Below are positions 21,645 through 31,520 of a stretch of 64,000 nucleotides of DNA, piece after piece. Made by a program: the position numbers and the translations under genes. Source of the stretch: an uncultured delta proteobacterium (lineage in GTDB: Bacteria > Myxococcota_A > Polyangia > Fen-1088); the NCBI GenBank assembly GCA_963737265.1, contig CAVTRY010000017.1:32001-96000 (forward strand), given 5' to 3'. Each line of letters begins with the position of its first letter. Within the stretch, counting starts at the first letter, position 1. The notes under the pieces are model-generated. The model did no database searches. It had not been told where the DNA came from and was given only the letters and a program-made list of their open reading frames with translations.

Positions 21645-24626
21645 ATGATGACCGGCGAAGATCCCGAAAACCAGGCTGACCAGGCGCAGATGACCGCCGA
21701 AGAGTATCGGCAGGTGGGTCACGCGCTCGCGCGTGAAGGGAAGTGGGAGGATCTGGCCGCGCTGTTCATCGAACGCGCGGAAAGCTCAGGCAACGTCGGC
21801 GATCGCGTGCGCTACCTGGTGGACGCCGCCCAGGTGTTCGAGAAAAACCTGGGAGACACCGATCGTGCGTACATTACCTTGCTGGCTGCGTTCCAGGATG
21901 ATCCGTCGAGCGAGGAAGCCGCCACGGAGCTGGCGCGCGTGACCGCGGCGCTTGGCCGTTTTCCCGATCTGCTGGCGGATTGCATGGCGGTGGCGGCGCA
22001 GTTGTCGCCGTCCGAAAAGCAGGCGGCGATGTACGTCGTCATGGCCAACTGGTATCGGGACCACGTCGGTGACCCGGCTTCGTCCGAGCAGGCCATGGAG
22101 GCGGCGCTGGCGGCCGATCCGACCAATCTCGCCGCCTTGCGCTCGCTGGTTGATAGCCGCAAGCTGGCCGGCGACCACCCGCGCGCGGCGGCCTACCTGG
22201 CGAACGCAGCCGGCGCCATGCGCGATGTCGAGCTGCGCGTCCAGCTTGGGCTCGAAGCGGCGGAGATCTACCGTTCGCATCTTGCGGACCGCGACGCGGC
22301 CGGCGAACAGTACCGCCGCGTGCTGGAAGTGGCGCCGGAGAATCGCGCCGCCGCGGAAGCCCTGGGGGAAATCGGCTGGGAACGCAAGGACTGGTCGACG
22401 GTGCTTCCCCTGTTCGAGATGCTGGCGGTAAGTGGAGAGGGTGGGGCGCCAGCGGCGCGCATGTTCCAACGGGCAGGTTGGGCGGCGCAGATGCTGGGTG
22501 ACAACGAACGCGCACGTGCCAACTATCGCAACGCCCACGCGGCGGATGCCAGCTACCTGCCGGCGCTTCTTCGCTGGGCGGCGCTGGCCTTGGCTGAAAA
22601 GTGGTGGCAGGACGCGATCGTGGCGGTGCCGGCGGTTCTGGCCCGCTCGGATGCTGGTCTGACGGCGGAGGAACAAGTCGAGCACCTCGAAGGTCTCGGC
22701 CAGGCGCGGTTGGCGCTTGGCGATGCGGCGGCCGCCGCCGCGGCGTTCACTCAGGCGTTGGCCAGCGCGCCTGACAACACCGCGTGCCGGGAGGGCCTGG
22801 CGCACGCCCACGAGAGGCTCTCGGACGCCGGGCCGGACGCCGCCCGGGCCGTGATCGAACAGCAACGACTGCTGATCGAGGGCGCCGCCAAGCCGGAAGA
22901 GAAGCTCGAGATTCTGGCCGGGATCGCCCGCAGCCAACGCGATTCGCTCGGCGACGTGAACGCGGCGCTGCGGACCTACTTCGAGATGTTGGCGCTCAAG
23001 ACCGACGATCCGGTCACGTTGCACGAGGTGCTGGAGATCCACACCAACGCGCGCGAGTGGCCGCGGGCGGTGGAAATCTTGGAGCGCATGGTGCGCGTCG
23101 AAACCGGCAAGCCGAGGGCGCGCTATCTCGTGGCCATGGGCAACATCCTCAACTACGAGATGGGAGCCACCGAGCGAGCGATCGAGGTCTACAATCTTGT
23201 CCTCGACGAGGATCTGGACGACGAGCGTACCTTCGGGCGCATCGAGCGGCTTCTGACGGCGCAGAACGCCTGGCGCGAGCTGGCGCGCAACTACCGGCGC
23301 ATGATCAAGCGCTTGGGTGCAACGCCGCCGGCGGCGAAGAAAGCCCAGCTGCTCGCCTTGTGGCGGAAGCTCGGCGACGTCTGCCGGCGCCGGCTGCACG
23401 AGCGAGAGTCGGCCGTGGCTGCCTATGAGGTTTGCGCCCAACTGGACCCGGACGACCGCCGCTATCAAGAGGTCCTGGCGGAAACCTACGAGGTGCTGGG
23501 GGCGCCCAAGCTGAACCAGGCCATCAAGGCGCGCGAAGCGCTACTCGAGTCTTCGCCCGACTTCGAGGAAATGGCGAAGCACATCCGTGCGCTGGCGCGC
23601 CTGTTCGGCAAGCACAAGATGTACGACCGGCTGCACTGCACGAGCGCCGCCTTGGTGGCCATGGGGCATGCCATTCCCCAAGAGCAGGCGTTCTACGAGC
23701 GGACGGCAACGCCGGAGATTCCACACGCCTCGGTGCCGTTGGCCGAAAACATGTGGCAGCGTTTCGTGTCGAGCCCACGGCAAGAATGGTGCGTTTCTCA
23801 TGTGCTGGCCCTGGTCAGCGCCGGCGTGGCGATGGCGCGCGCCAAGGACGCGGCGACGCTCGGGCTTAACCCCGCCGAAAAAGTCGATCTGGCGAGCGAT
23901 CAGTCCTCGGTGGGAAAGCTGATAGGCTATGCCAGTCGATTGCTCGGCGTCGCGCTGCCGCCGGTGTACGTATCGTCCCAATTCCAGGGCGAGCTAGAGC
24001 TGCGCATCGTGCTGGAAGGGCAGCAGGTGGTGCCGTCATTCTTGCTTGGGCAGAATCTGCTGGCCGACCGCACGGAAAAGGATCTGGCCTTCTTCCTCGC
24101 CCGGCGCCTGGTTCGCCTGCGCGCCGACCAATTCCTGCTTTCGCCCGAAGCTGTACCGTCGCTCGAGGAGCTGCGCGTGATCGTCGCCGCCGCCGTACAG
24201 CTGGTTCACCCCGAATTCACGCTGGCGGGAACGGACGGGGCATCGGTACGACAATACGTCGGCTACCTTCGCCGGACGGTGCAGCCGCTGACCGTCGCGT
24301 CGGCGACGGCGGCCATCGAACAAATCGTGGTCGAGCCCGGTCGGGTCGATTTGCGCGCGTGGGCCGACGGCGCCAACCAAAGTGCCGACAGAGCCGCGCT
24401 TCTCCTGTGTGGCGACGTCGTCTCCGGGGTTCGAGAGCTGCTGCGTTCGGCGGACGTCCAGAGCCGGGATGTGGAATCGGCGGTCAAGGACCTCATCCGT
24501 TGGAGCGTGTCCGCCGATCACCTCGATCTGCGCGAACAGCTTGGCCTTTCGACCGAGGTGGGCGACGCCCCGCCGGTTCGGCAAGTCGAGCCATTTCCGC
24601 GTCGGCCGGTGCGGCCAGCGGAGTAG
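21645..24626 (+). CDS. Large tetratricopeptide-repeat protein
   Basis: About 1000 aa of TPR-like helical repeats, with a C-terminal ADRAALLLCGD motif and a GGAGGT RBS. Confidence 0.8.
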   Translation: MMTGEDPENQADQAQMTAEEYRQVGHALAREGKWEDLAALFIERAESSGNVGDRVRYLVDAAQVFEKNLGDTDRAYITLLAAFQDDPSSEEAATELARVTAALGRFPDLLADCMAVAAQLSPSEKQAAMYVVMANWYRDHVGDPASSEQAMEAALAADPTNLAALRSLVDSRKLAGDHPRAAAYLANAAGAMRDVELRVQLGLEAAEIYRSHLADRDAAGEQYRRVLEVAPENRAAAEALGEIGWERKDWSTVLPLFEMLAVSGEGGAPAARMFQRAGWAAQMLGDNERARANYRNAHAADASYLPALLRWAALALAEKWWQDAIVAVPAVLARSDAGLTAEEQVEHLEGLGQARLALGDAAAAAAAFTQALASAPDNTACREGLAHAHERLSDAGPDAARAVIEQQRLLIEGAAKPEEKLEILAGIARSQRDSLGDVNAALRTYFEMLALKTDDPVTLHEVLEIHTNAREWPRAVEILERMVRVETGKPRARYLVAMGNILNYEMGATERAIEVYNLVLDEDLDDERTFGRIERLLTAQNAWRELARNYRRMIKRLGATPPAAKKAQLLALWRKLGDVCRRRLHERESAVAAYEVCAQLDPDDRRYQEVLAETYEVLGAPKLNQAIKAREALLESSPDFEEMAKHIRALARLFGKHKMYDRLHCTSAALVAMGHAIPQEQAFYERTATPEIPHASVPLAENMWQRFVSSPRQEWCVSHVLALVSAGVAMARAKDAATLGLNPAEKVDLASDQSSVGKLIGYASRLLGVALPPVYVSSQFQGELELRIVLEGQQVVPSFLLGQNLLADRTEKDLAFFLARRLVRLRADQFLLSPEAVPSLEELRVIVAAAVQLVHPEFTLAGTDGASVRQYVGYLRRTVQPLTVASATAAIEQIVVEPGRVDLRAWADGANQSADRAALLLCGDVVSGVRELLRSADVQSRDVESAVKDLIRWSVSADHLDLREQLGLSTEVGDAPPVRQVEPFPRRPVRPAE

Positions 24627-24689
24627 TGGCAGTCGGTCTGGCGCGGGAAATGGACGCCGGCTCGTGCGGCGGCTAAGGTCGACGCTAAA

Positions 24690-26300
24690 GTGGCCGGCAC
24701 GCTCCGTTCATCCGCCAACGTCAGCTTGGCGATCCTCGCATCGCGGGTGCTCGGCGTTGCGCGCGATTCCATCTTCGCGCGCGTCTTCGGGGTGAGCGCC
24801 CTGACCGACGCGTACGTGGCGGCGTTTCGAATTCCCAACCTGCTGCGCGACTTGTTCGCGGAAGGAGCGCTGTCGAGCGCCTTCGTGCCGACCTTCAGCG
24901 ACGCCATGGCCAAGGGCGGGCGAGAGCGGGCCTATCGGCTCGGCAACCTCGTTTTGGGCGGTATCCTGCTGGTCACGGGGACGATCACTCTGGCCGGCTT
25001 GGTCTGGGCCGATGCCATCATCTCGCTCATTACGCGCGGCTTCGCTGGCAACGCCAGCCAAGTGGCGACGGGCGGCCTCCTAGCCCAGATCATGATGCCG
25101 ATCCTGACCTTCGTCAGCGTCAGCGCCGTGTGGATGGGCATGCTGAACGCCCAGCAGCGCTATCTCGCCCCGGCCTACGCGCCCGCCATGTTCAACGTCA
25201 CCAGCATCGCCTGCGGTGTGGTGCTGCTCGTTCTCCATTGCTCCGAGCGCACCGGAATCATCGTCTGGAGCTCTGGCACCGCGGTGGCGGGCCTGGTTCA
25301 AGCCGTGGTGCAACTTCCCAGCCTCCGCCGGCTCGGCTACCGCGTGCGGCCCACCTTGGCTGGGTTGCTACGCGACGTGGACGTCCGGCGCATCGTGCGC
25401 TTGATGGGTCCCGCCACGGTCGGCCTGGCCGCGATTCAGATCAATGTTTTCGTCAACACCCAGTACGCGGCGGCCCTGGGCAGCGGGCCGCTGACCTATT
25501 TGCAGAACGCTTTTCGTCTGTTCTATCTCCCCGTCGGCCTGTTTGGCGTCGCGCTCGCCACGGTGACGACGGCGCGGGCATCCGCCGAGGCGGCGCGTGG
25601 CGACCGTGAGGCATTGATCGACCGCGTGTCCGACGGCGCGCGCGGCGTGTGGCTTTTGGCTTTGCCCTCGGCGGTGGGGCTGGTGGTGCTTGCCAAGCCG
25701 GTCGTGCAGCTGCTTTTTCAAGGCGGCAAGTTTCTGCCCGTGCACACAGCGGCAACCGTGCCGATCGTTCAGGCCTACATGCTGGGGGTGTTGCCCTACA
25801 GCCTGGTGAAGGTTTTCGCGCCGGCTTTCTTCGCCGTCGACCGGCCGCGCATTCCCATGATCGCGTCGCTGTCGGCCGTCGTCGCCAATCTCATCTTCAA
25901 CAGCTTGACCTACCGCCTGCTGGGTGCGGCCGGGCTGGCGCTGGGCACAACCGTGGCCGCGCTGGTAAACCTTTGCATTTTGCGCTTGTGGTTTGGCCGC
26001 GTGCTGGGACGGCCGGGCAAGCCCGGGTGGCTGCGCGATATCGCGCTGATGGTTGTGGCAAACGCCGTGCTCGCGCTCGTGGCCCTGGGGGTGTGGGCAG
26101 GCGCCATGCGCGCGCTGGCGGCACTTCCCGTGGTTTGGCCGAGAGGCACCTTTCGCATCGTCCACGGCATCGTGCTGCTGGCCACGATTGGCATCGGTTT
26201 CTCGACCTACGTCGCCTGTCTTCGCCTCTTCCGGCTGCGCGGGGCGGATGAGCTGTGGAATCTGCCCCGCAAGGCGCTGCGGCGCCTCGTCTCTCGCTAG
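24690..26300 (+). CDS. murJ: Lipid II flippase MurJ
   Basis: SRVLGVARD and AFRIPNLLRDLFAEGALSSAFVP motifs, multi-TM. Confidence 0.95.
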   Translation: MAGTLRSSANVSLAILASRVLGVARDSIFARVFGVSALTDAYVAAFRIPNLLRDLFAEGALSSAFVPTFSDAMAKGGRERAYRLGNLVLGGILLVTGTITLAGLVWADAIISLITRGFAGNASQVATGGLLAQIMMPILTFVSVSAVWMGMLNAQQRYLAPAYAPAMFNVTSIACGVVLLVLHCSERTGIIVWSSGTAVAGLVQAVVQLPSLRRLGYRVRPTLAGLLRDVDVRRIVRLMGPATVGLAAIQINVFVNTQYAAALGSGPLTYLQNAFRLFYLPVGLFGVALATVTTARASAEAARGDREALIDRVSDGARGVWLLALPSAVGLVVLAKPVVQLLFQGGKFLPVHTAATVPIVQAYMLGVLPYSLVKVFAPAFFAVDRPRIPMIASLSAVVANLIFNSLTYRLLGAAGLALGTTVAALVNLCILRLWFGRVLGRPGKPGWLRDIALMVVANAVLALVALGVWAGAMRALAALPVVWPRGTFRIVHGIVLLATIGIGFSTYVACLRLFRLRGADELWNLPRKALRRLVSR

Positions 26301-26366
26301 CCGGTCTCCTCTCTCCCTGCGAACAGGGCGCCTGGTTGCCCAACTCGCAGCATCTCTGACGAGCCC

Positions 26367-27011
26367 TTACTTCCGCTTCTGGCGCGGTCCTGGCCGGGCA
26401 AAAAAGGCCACCTTTTCCAAGGCAACGGTCATGTCGATGTTTTCGATGTGAATTCTTTCGTGCATTCGTAAACAAACCGGGGCGAAATTCAAGATGCCGG
26501 TGACTCCCGCGGCGACCAGGTGCTCGGCCGCCTGCTGGGCCTGCTCCGCGGGCACCGTGATGATGGCGACGTCGATGCCCTTTTCCTCGATCACATCCGG
26601 CATCTGGCGAACCGAGTAGCAGTGCACGTCGCTGAAACTAAGACCAATTTTGTCCAGATCGACGTCGAACGCCGCCACGAGGTGGATCTTGGGCGAACGG
26701 TTGGCGAGGAAGGCCGCGATGGCGCGGCCGAGGTATCCCATGCCGACGATGGCGACCGCGCGGGCTTCTTGCGGATCGAGAAATGCCGCGAGGGAAGTCA
26801 GCAGCCGCTTGACGTCGTAGCCGCTGTTTGGGTTTCCGCTGTAGCCGATGGCCATCAGATCGCGGCGCACTTGCGCCGCCGTCAGCTGGCAAGCATGCGC
26901 AAGTTGATGAGAGAAGACACTTGGACCAAAGTCTTGTCGGCCCTGCAAAAGCGCGCGCCGGTAGATGCTCAGACGCTCGACACTGCGAGTGGAGATTCTT
27001 CGTTTCTTCAT
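26367..27011 (-). CDS. rex: Redox-sensing transcriptional repressor Rex
   Basis: RLSIY, QVRRDL..IG..G..GY, VGMGYLG and GILNFAP motifs. Confidence 0.93.
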   Translation of the reverse strand: MKKRRISTRSVERLSIYRRALLQGRQDFGPSVFSHQLAHACQLTAAQVRRDLMAIGYSGNPNSGYDVKRLLTSLAAFLDPQEARAVAIVGMGYLGRAIAAFLANRSPKIHLVAAFDVDLDKIGLSFSDVHCYSVRQMPDVIEEKGIDVAIITVPAEQAQQAAEHLVAAGVTGILNFAPVCLRMHERIHIENIDMTVALEKVAFFARPGPRQKRK

Positions 27012-27195
27012 CGTTCGAGTCGTGCCTCAAGACCCGCCGGATCAGGCGGAAAGTGACAGGGGATATATCGTACCTGGCTCCTCTGCTGAGCGACAATTAC
27101 ATCTCCCCAAAGACGACAGCTACGTCGCCCCGCTTTGAGGCGCGACGGTGACCGTGAGGTAGACCTCCAAGCCCGCAAGCGGGCAGGAGGCACCT

Positions 27196-28695
27196 TTGAA
27201 GCCGGTCACCGACGCCCAAGTGAGGCGTTTGATGGAAGAGATGAGCAAGATTGGAAAAGTAGGCCAGGCCGCCATGAAGGCGGGCATGGACCGGAAGACA
27301 GGGCGGCGATACATCGCCGCGGGCAAGCTACCGTCGGAGCTACGGCAGCCGCGGTGGTGGCGGACGCGCCCTGACGCGTTCGCCGAGGACTGGCCAGCCG
27401 TGGCCAAGTTGCTGGAGGAAACGCCTGGGCTGGAGGCTCAGACGGTGCTGGAGCTGCTGGAGGCGAAGCAGCCAGGGCGGTACAACGAGAGCCATCTTCG
27501 GACAATGCAGCGGCGAATCCGTCGCTGGCGGGCCGAGCATGGTCCTGCGCGTGAGATTTGGTTCACGCAGGCGCATCGGCCCGGTGAAGCCGCGCAAACC
27601 GACTTCACGTCGACGGCGGAGCTTGGTGTGACGATCGTGGGCCAGCTATTTGTGCACCTTTTGTGCGTGACGGTGCTGCCGTACTCGAACTGGCAATGGG
27701 CGACCGCGTGTCTGTCGGAGTCTCTGGCAGCGCTTCGGCGAGGGATCCAGTCGGCGCTGTTCCAGCTTGGGCGGGTGCCGCGATACCACCAAACCGACCA
27801 CTCGACGGCGGCGACACATCAGATCGCTCGCGATGCGGAAGATCGCACTTTCAACGATGAATACAAGGCGGTCATGCGGCACCTCGGAATGGAGCCACGA
27901 ACTACAGCCGTCGGGGCCAAGGAACAAAACGGCGATGTGGAGGCCAGCAACGGCGCGCTCAAGCGTCGGCTTGAACAAGCGTTGCTGGTGCGTGGCAGCC
28001 GCGACTTCGCGGACCAAGACGACTACGAACGCTTCGTAGCCAAGGTGGTCCGCAAAGCCAACGCTTCGCGAGGCCCGCGCGTCGCCGAGGAGATCGAAGC
28101 CATGCGGCCGCTGGTGGTGGAGCGTTTGCCGGAGTACGCAGAAATGACGGCACCTGTGGCGTCGACGAGCACCATCCGGGTCAAGTCGTGCGCCTACTCG
28201 GTGCCGTCGAGGCTGATCGGCGCACGGGTGAGAGTCCGCGTGTTCGAGCACCGAATCGAGGTGTACTACGCCGACAACTTGGAATTGGCCTGCGACAGGC
28301 TGCGAGGCAAGACCGCGCGCATCGACTACCGGCACGTCATCTGGTCTTTGGTGCGCAAGCCGGGCGCGTTTTCTCGCTACGTCTACCGAGAAGAGCTGTT
28401 TCCAAGCGTGACTTTCAGGCGGGCATACGACGCGATCCAGGCGACCAAGCCTGGAATCAAAGGCGACGTTGAATACCTGCGCATTCTTCACCTGGCCGCC
28501 AGCACGATGGAAGCCGATGTCGAGCAAGCGCTCACGACTCTGCTTGCCGATGGGACCATCTTGACGGCGGATGCAACCAAGAAGAGATGCACACAGGCGA
28601 CGGACAGTACCTATCCACCGAGCGTCCCCGCGCTCGAAGCACCGCTGGTCGATCTCGCGTCCTACGACCTGCTCCTCGAACAGGTGGCATCATGA
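27196..28695 (+). CDS. istA: IS21 transposase IstA
   Basis: QTDFT, QTDHS and NGDVEASN DDE motifs, YSVPSRLIG, DYRHVIWSLVRKPGAF. Confidence 0.95.
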   Translation: MKPVTDAQVRRLMEEMSKIGKVGQAAMKAGMDRKTGRRYIAAGKLPSELRQPRWWRTRPDAFAEDWPAVAKLLEETPGLEAQTVLELLEAKQPGRYNESHLRTMQRRIRRWRAEHGPAREIWFTQAHRPGEAAQTDFTSTAELGVTIVGQLFVHLLCVTVLPYSNWQWATACLSESLAALRRGIQSALFQLGRVPRYHQTDHSTAATHQIARDAEDRTFNDEYKAVMRHLGMEPRTTAVGAKEQNGDVEASNGALKRRLEQALLVRGSRDFADQDDYERFVAKVVRKANASRGPRVAEEIEAMRPLVVERLPEYAEMTAPVASTSTIRVKSCAYSVPSRLIGARVRVRVFEHRIEVYYADNLELACDRLRGKTARIDYRHVIWSLVRKPGAFSRYVYREELFPSVTFRRAYDAIQATKPGIKGDVEYLRILHLAASTMEADVEQALTTLLADGTILTADATKKRCTQATDSTYPPSVPALEAPLVDLASYDLLLEQVAS

Positions 28696-29540
28696 CCAAC
28701 GTCTCCGTAGACACGGTCAAGCCGAGCGCGCTCGACGCTCTGCTGGTGCTTCTGCGCGCGCTCAAGCTGCCTGCCTTCACCCGGCACGCCGAGGAGATCG
28801 CGATCAAGGCCAGCCGCGAGGGGTGGACCTTCAGCCAATACCTCCAGCACCTGGCCGAACTGGAAATCGAAGAGCGCCGAACCCGTCGCATCGATCGCGC
28901 GCTTCGCGATTCGGACCTTCCCACGGAGAAAACCCTGGCCACCCTGGAACGTGGTCGGCTGTCACCCAAGGTGATGAAGCAGATGGCGAGCCTGTGTGAG
29001 GGTGGCTTTGTCGAACGTGGGGAGAACCTGCTCGTCTTCGGACTGCCCGGCCGAGGCAAAAGTCACGTTGTGGCTGCCATCGGCCACGAACTCATCCGGC
29101 GCGGCTACCGGGTCCTCTTCACGCCGACCTTCGCGCTTGTCCAGAGGCTGCTGGCCGCCAAGCGCGACCTTCGCCTGGAACGAGAACTGGCCGCGCTCGA
29201 CATCTATCACGCCGTGATCCTCGACGACATCGGCTACGTCCAGCAGAGCCGCGATGAAATGGAGGTCCTTTTCACCTTCCTGGCCGAGCGGTACGAACGC
29301 AAGAGCGTCCTCATCACCAGCAACCTGGTCTTCAGCGATTGGATCCGCATTTTCAAGGATCCCATGACCACCGCCGCCGCCATCGACCGACTGGTCCACC
29401 ACGCGGTCATCCTTGAGATGACCGGCCCCAGCTACCGCAGCGAAGAAGCACGAAAGAGAGGCGTCACCACCCCAGCGACAACTACGACAACTACCGATCA
29501 ACCAACGACAACTACCCCCGACAACAATGGGGCGATGTAA
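28692..29540 (+). CDS. istB: IS21 helper ATPase IstB
   Basis: GLPGRGKSH, ILDDIGY and AAIDRLVHH motifs. ATGA overlap with istA. Confidence 0.95.
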   Translation: MTNVSVDTVKPSALDALLVLLRALKLPAFTRHAEEIAIKASREGWTFSQYLQHLAELEIEERRTRRIDRALRDSDLPTEKTLATLERGRLSPKVMKQMASLCEGGFVERGENLLVFGLPGRGKSHVVAAIGHELIRRGYRVLFTPTFALVQRLLAAKRDLRLERELAALDIYHAVILDDIGYVQQSRDEMEVLFTFLAERYERKSVLITSNLVFSDWIRIFKDPMTTAAAIDRLVHHAVILEMTGPSYRSEEARKRGVTTPATTTTTTDQPTTTTPDNNGAM

Positions 29541-29706
29541 TTGACGTCACCGGGTGAATGTAGTTGACGTCCAGCACTCCTCCGATTTTACAAAACCGGA
29601 AGACAGTTGCGGCCAGGTTAGGCGCCGCAAGCGTTCCCGCGCTGGGCCTCCGACACGACCGCTGGTGAAATCGTCGCGCTACGCGAAGAATCTCGGAAGC
29701 AGTAGA

Positions 29707-30300
29707 TCAGCGCCGCAGGCCGAGGAGGCGCGGAAGATCCGACAAAGCAGTCTCGAGGGTGACGGCTTCTTCGAATTCCCGCACCCGCAAGGCTTCGACG
29801 TCCTCGGTCCGGCTGGCTAGCAGGCGGGCCCTGTCCACGGCCTGGCGCATGGTGGAGTCGTCGATCCAGTTGCTCGGATCTCCGTCGAGCTGAATCGCAG
29901 CGGGCGTCTCGGCCAGAGCGGGCTCCGTGCGCGGCGCGGTCATTGGGACGCCGCTTACCGGGGTGAAGCGCGCCGGGGTCGCCTTGCGTCCTAGCAGCGT
30001 TTCGAGGGTGTTTCGGCATTCCGGGGCCACCTGAAGAAATTGCACGCCCATGCCGTGCGCGCGCTGAGGTTCCTCTGGATTGAACTCGCGGACCCACGTC
30101 ACCCGGCCGGTGCCCCACAGCAGCGGCGGTCCTTTGATGATGGCGATTTCGAAGCGGATGACTGCGCCGACCGCATGGGGATTGCGGCTGGAAAGGAAGA
30201 TTCCCCCGCGGGTCACGTTGGGGGCGAAGCGCTGGATGAAGGTGTCTTCATCGGGATAGCGAAGATGGATGCGGACGAGCGGGGCGTCTGGGGTCGACAC
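29707..30300 (-). CDS. TIGR02266-type PilZ-domain protein
   Basis: NVTRGGIFL, GRVTWVRE and GMGVQF motifs. Confidence 0.8.
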   Translation of the reverse strand: MSTPDAPLVRIHLRYPDEDTFIQRFAPNVTRGGIFLSSRNPHAVGAVIRFEIAIIKGPPLLWGTGRVTWVREFNPEEPQRAHGMGVQFLQVAPECRNTLETLLGRKATPARFTPVSGVPMTAPRTEPALAETPAAIQLDGDPSNWIDDSTMRQAVDRARLLASRTEDVEALRVREFEEAVTLETALSDLPRLLGLRR

Positions 30301-30850
30301 GGCGAGGGAGTATCGGACGGTCGGGGGCGTGGGTCAACCCACGACCGTGGCGCGGGTGCTTCCCTGAAATGGGGGCTGGGGCTTCACCTCGCCCCGCGCA
30401 GGTGGGATCGGAGGGAAAAACAGGGAGGAACGGAGGACCAGAGGGATCACGGGTTGGGTTGACGAGGCGGCGGAGACCCTCGCGAAGTACGGGGACGTGG
30501 AAATTGACGAGCAGGCCAACCGGCAGTCGTAGGAGCTTGAGATAGGTAATGACCTGTGCCAAGTGGACAGGAAGCAACTGCTCTACCGCCTTGACTTCGA
30601 CGACCAAACGGCCTTCCACCATGAGGTCGAGGCGATAGCCGCAGTCGAGGTCAATGCCTTTGTACTGCAGAGGAATCGCGACCTGACGTTGCGTGCGAAA
30701 TCCACGCAGGCCTAGCTCGCGCGCCAGGCAGTGCTCGTAGGCCGACTCAAGCAGCCCGGGACCGAGGTGACGGTGGACTTCGATGCAGGCGGCGATAATT
30801 TGCCCAGTAAAGTCATGCTGTCTCTGATTCTCCGTTCCTCGCTGTTCCAT
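30248..30850 (-). CDS. GxxExxY protein (PD-(D/E)XK nuclease-like)
   Basis: [38 protein letters not shown] and GLLVNF motifs. The frame reads through the TIR. Confidence 0.92.
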   Translation of the reverse strand: MEQRGTENQRQHDFTGQIIAACIEVHRHLGPGLLESAYEHCLARELGLRGFRTQRQVAIPLQYKGIDLDCGYRLDLMVEGRLVVEVKAVEQLLPVHLAQVITYLKLLRLPVGLLVNFHVPVLREGLRRLVNPTRDPSGPPFLPVFPSDPTCAGRGEAPAPISGKHPRHGRGLTHAPDRPILPRRVDPRRPARPHPSSLSR

Positions 30851-30931
30851 ATCTGCGTTTTCGGCGGCACTCCGCCAAAAGTTGCTACCTCACCGAGCCG
30901 CCGGCTGGGCCCCCGTTTCAGGGATGCACCC
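30354..30931 (-). mobile_element. TIR-bounded GxxExxY mini-element, copy 1
   Basis: TIRs GGGTGCTTCCCTGAAATGGGGGC and (rc) GGGTGCATCCCTGAAACGGGGGC match 21/23. Flanked by CCGTGGCGC at 30345-30353 and 30932-30940. Confidence 0.85.
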
Positions 30932-30940
30932 CCGTGGCGC

Positions 30941-31520
30941 GGGTGCTTCCCTGAAATGGGGGCTGGGGCTTCACCTCGCCCCGCGCAGGTGGGATCGGAG
31001 GGAAAAACAGGGAGGAACGGAGGACCAGAGGAATCACGGGTTGGGTTGACGAGGCGGCGGAGACCCTCGCGAAGTACGGGGACGTGGAAATTGACGAGCA
31101 GGCCCACCGGCAGTCGTAGGAGCTTGAGATAGGTAATGACCTGCGCCAAGTGGACAGGAAGCAACTGCTCTACCGCCTTGACTTCGACGACCAAACGGCC
31201 TTCCACCATGAGGTCGAGGCGATAGCCGCAGTCGAGGTCAATGCCTTTGTACTGCAGAGGAATCGCGACCCTGACGTTGCGTGCGAAATCCACGCAGGCC
31301 TAGCTCGCGCGCCAGGCAGTGCTCGTAGGCCGACTCAAGCAGCCCGGGACCGAGGTGACGGTGGACTTCGATGCAGGCGGCGATAATTTGCCCAGTAAAG
31401 TCATCCTGTCTCTGTTTCTCCGTTCCTCGCTGTTCCAGATCTGCGTTTTCGGCGGCACTCCGCCAGAAGTTGCTACCTCACCGAGCCCCCGGCTGGGGCC
31501 CCCGTTTCAGGGAGGCACCC
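30941..31520 (-). mobile_element. TIR-bounded GxxExxY mini-element, copy 2 (gene disabled)
   Basis: Near-identical to copy 1, with start ATG changed to CTG at 31438 and a 1-bp insertion near 31270. Followed by a third CCGTGGCGC at 31521-31529. Confidence 0.85.

Larger units (their letters stand above)
27084..29576 (+). mobile_element. Complete IS21-family insertion sequence
   Basis: Imperfect TIRs TGCTGAGCGACAATTACAT / ATGTAGTTGACGTCCAGCA with internal repeats. 6-bp TSD CTCCTC at 27078-27083 and 29577-29582. Confidence 0.93.
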
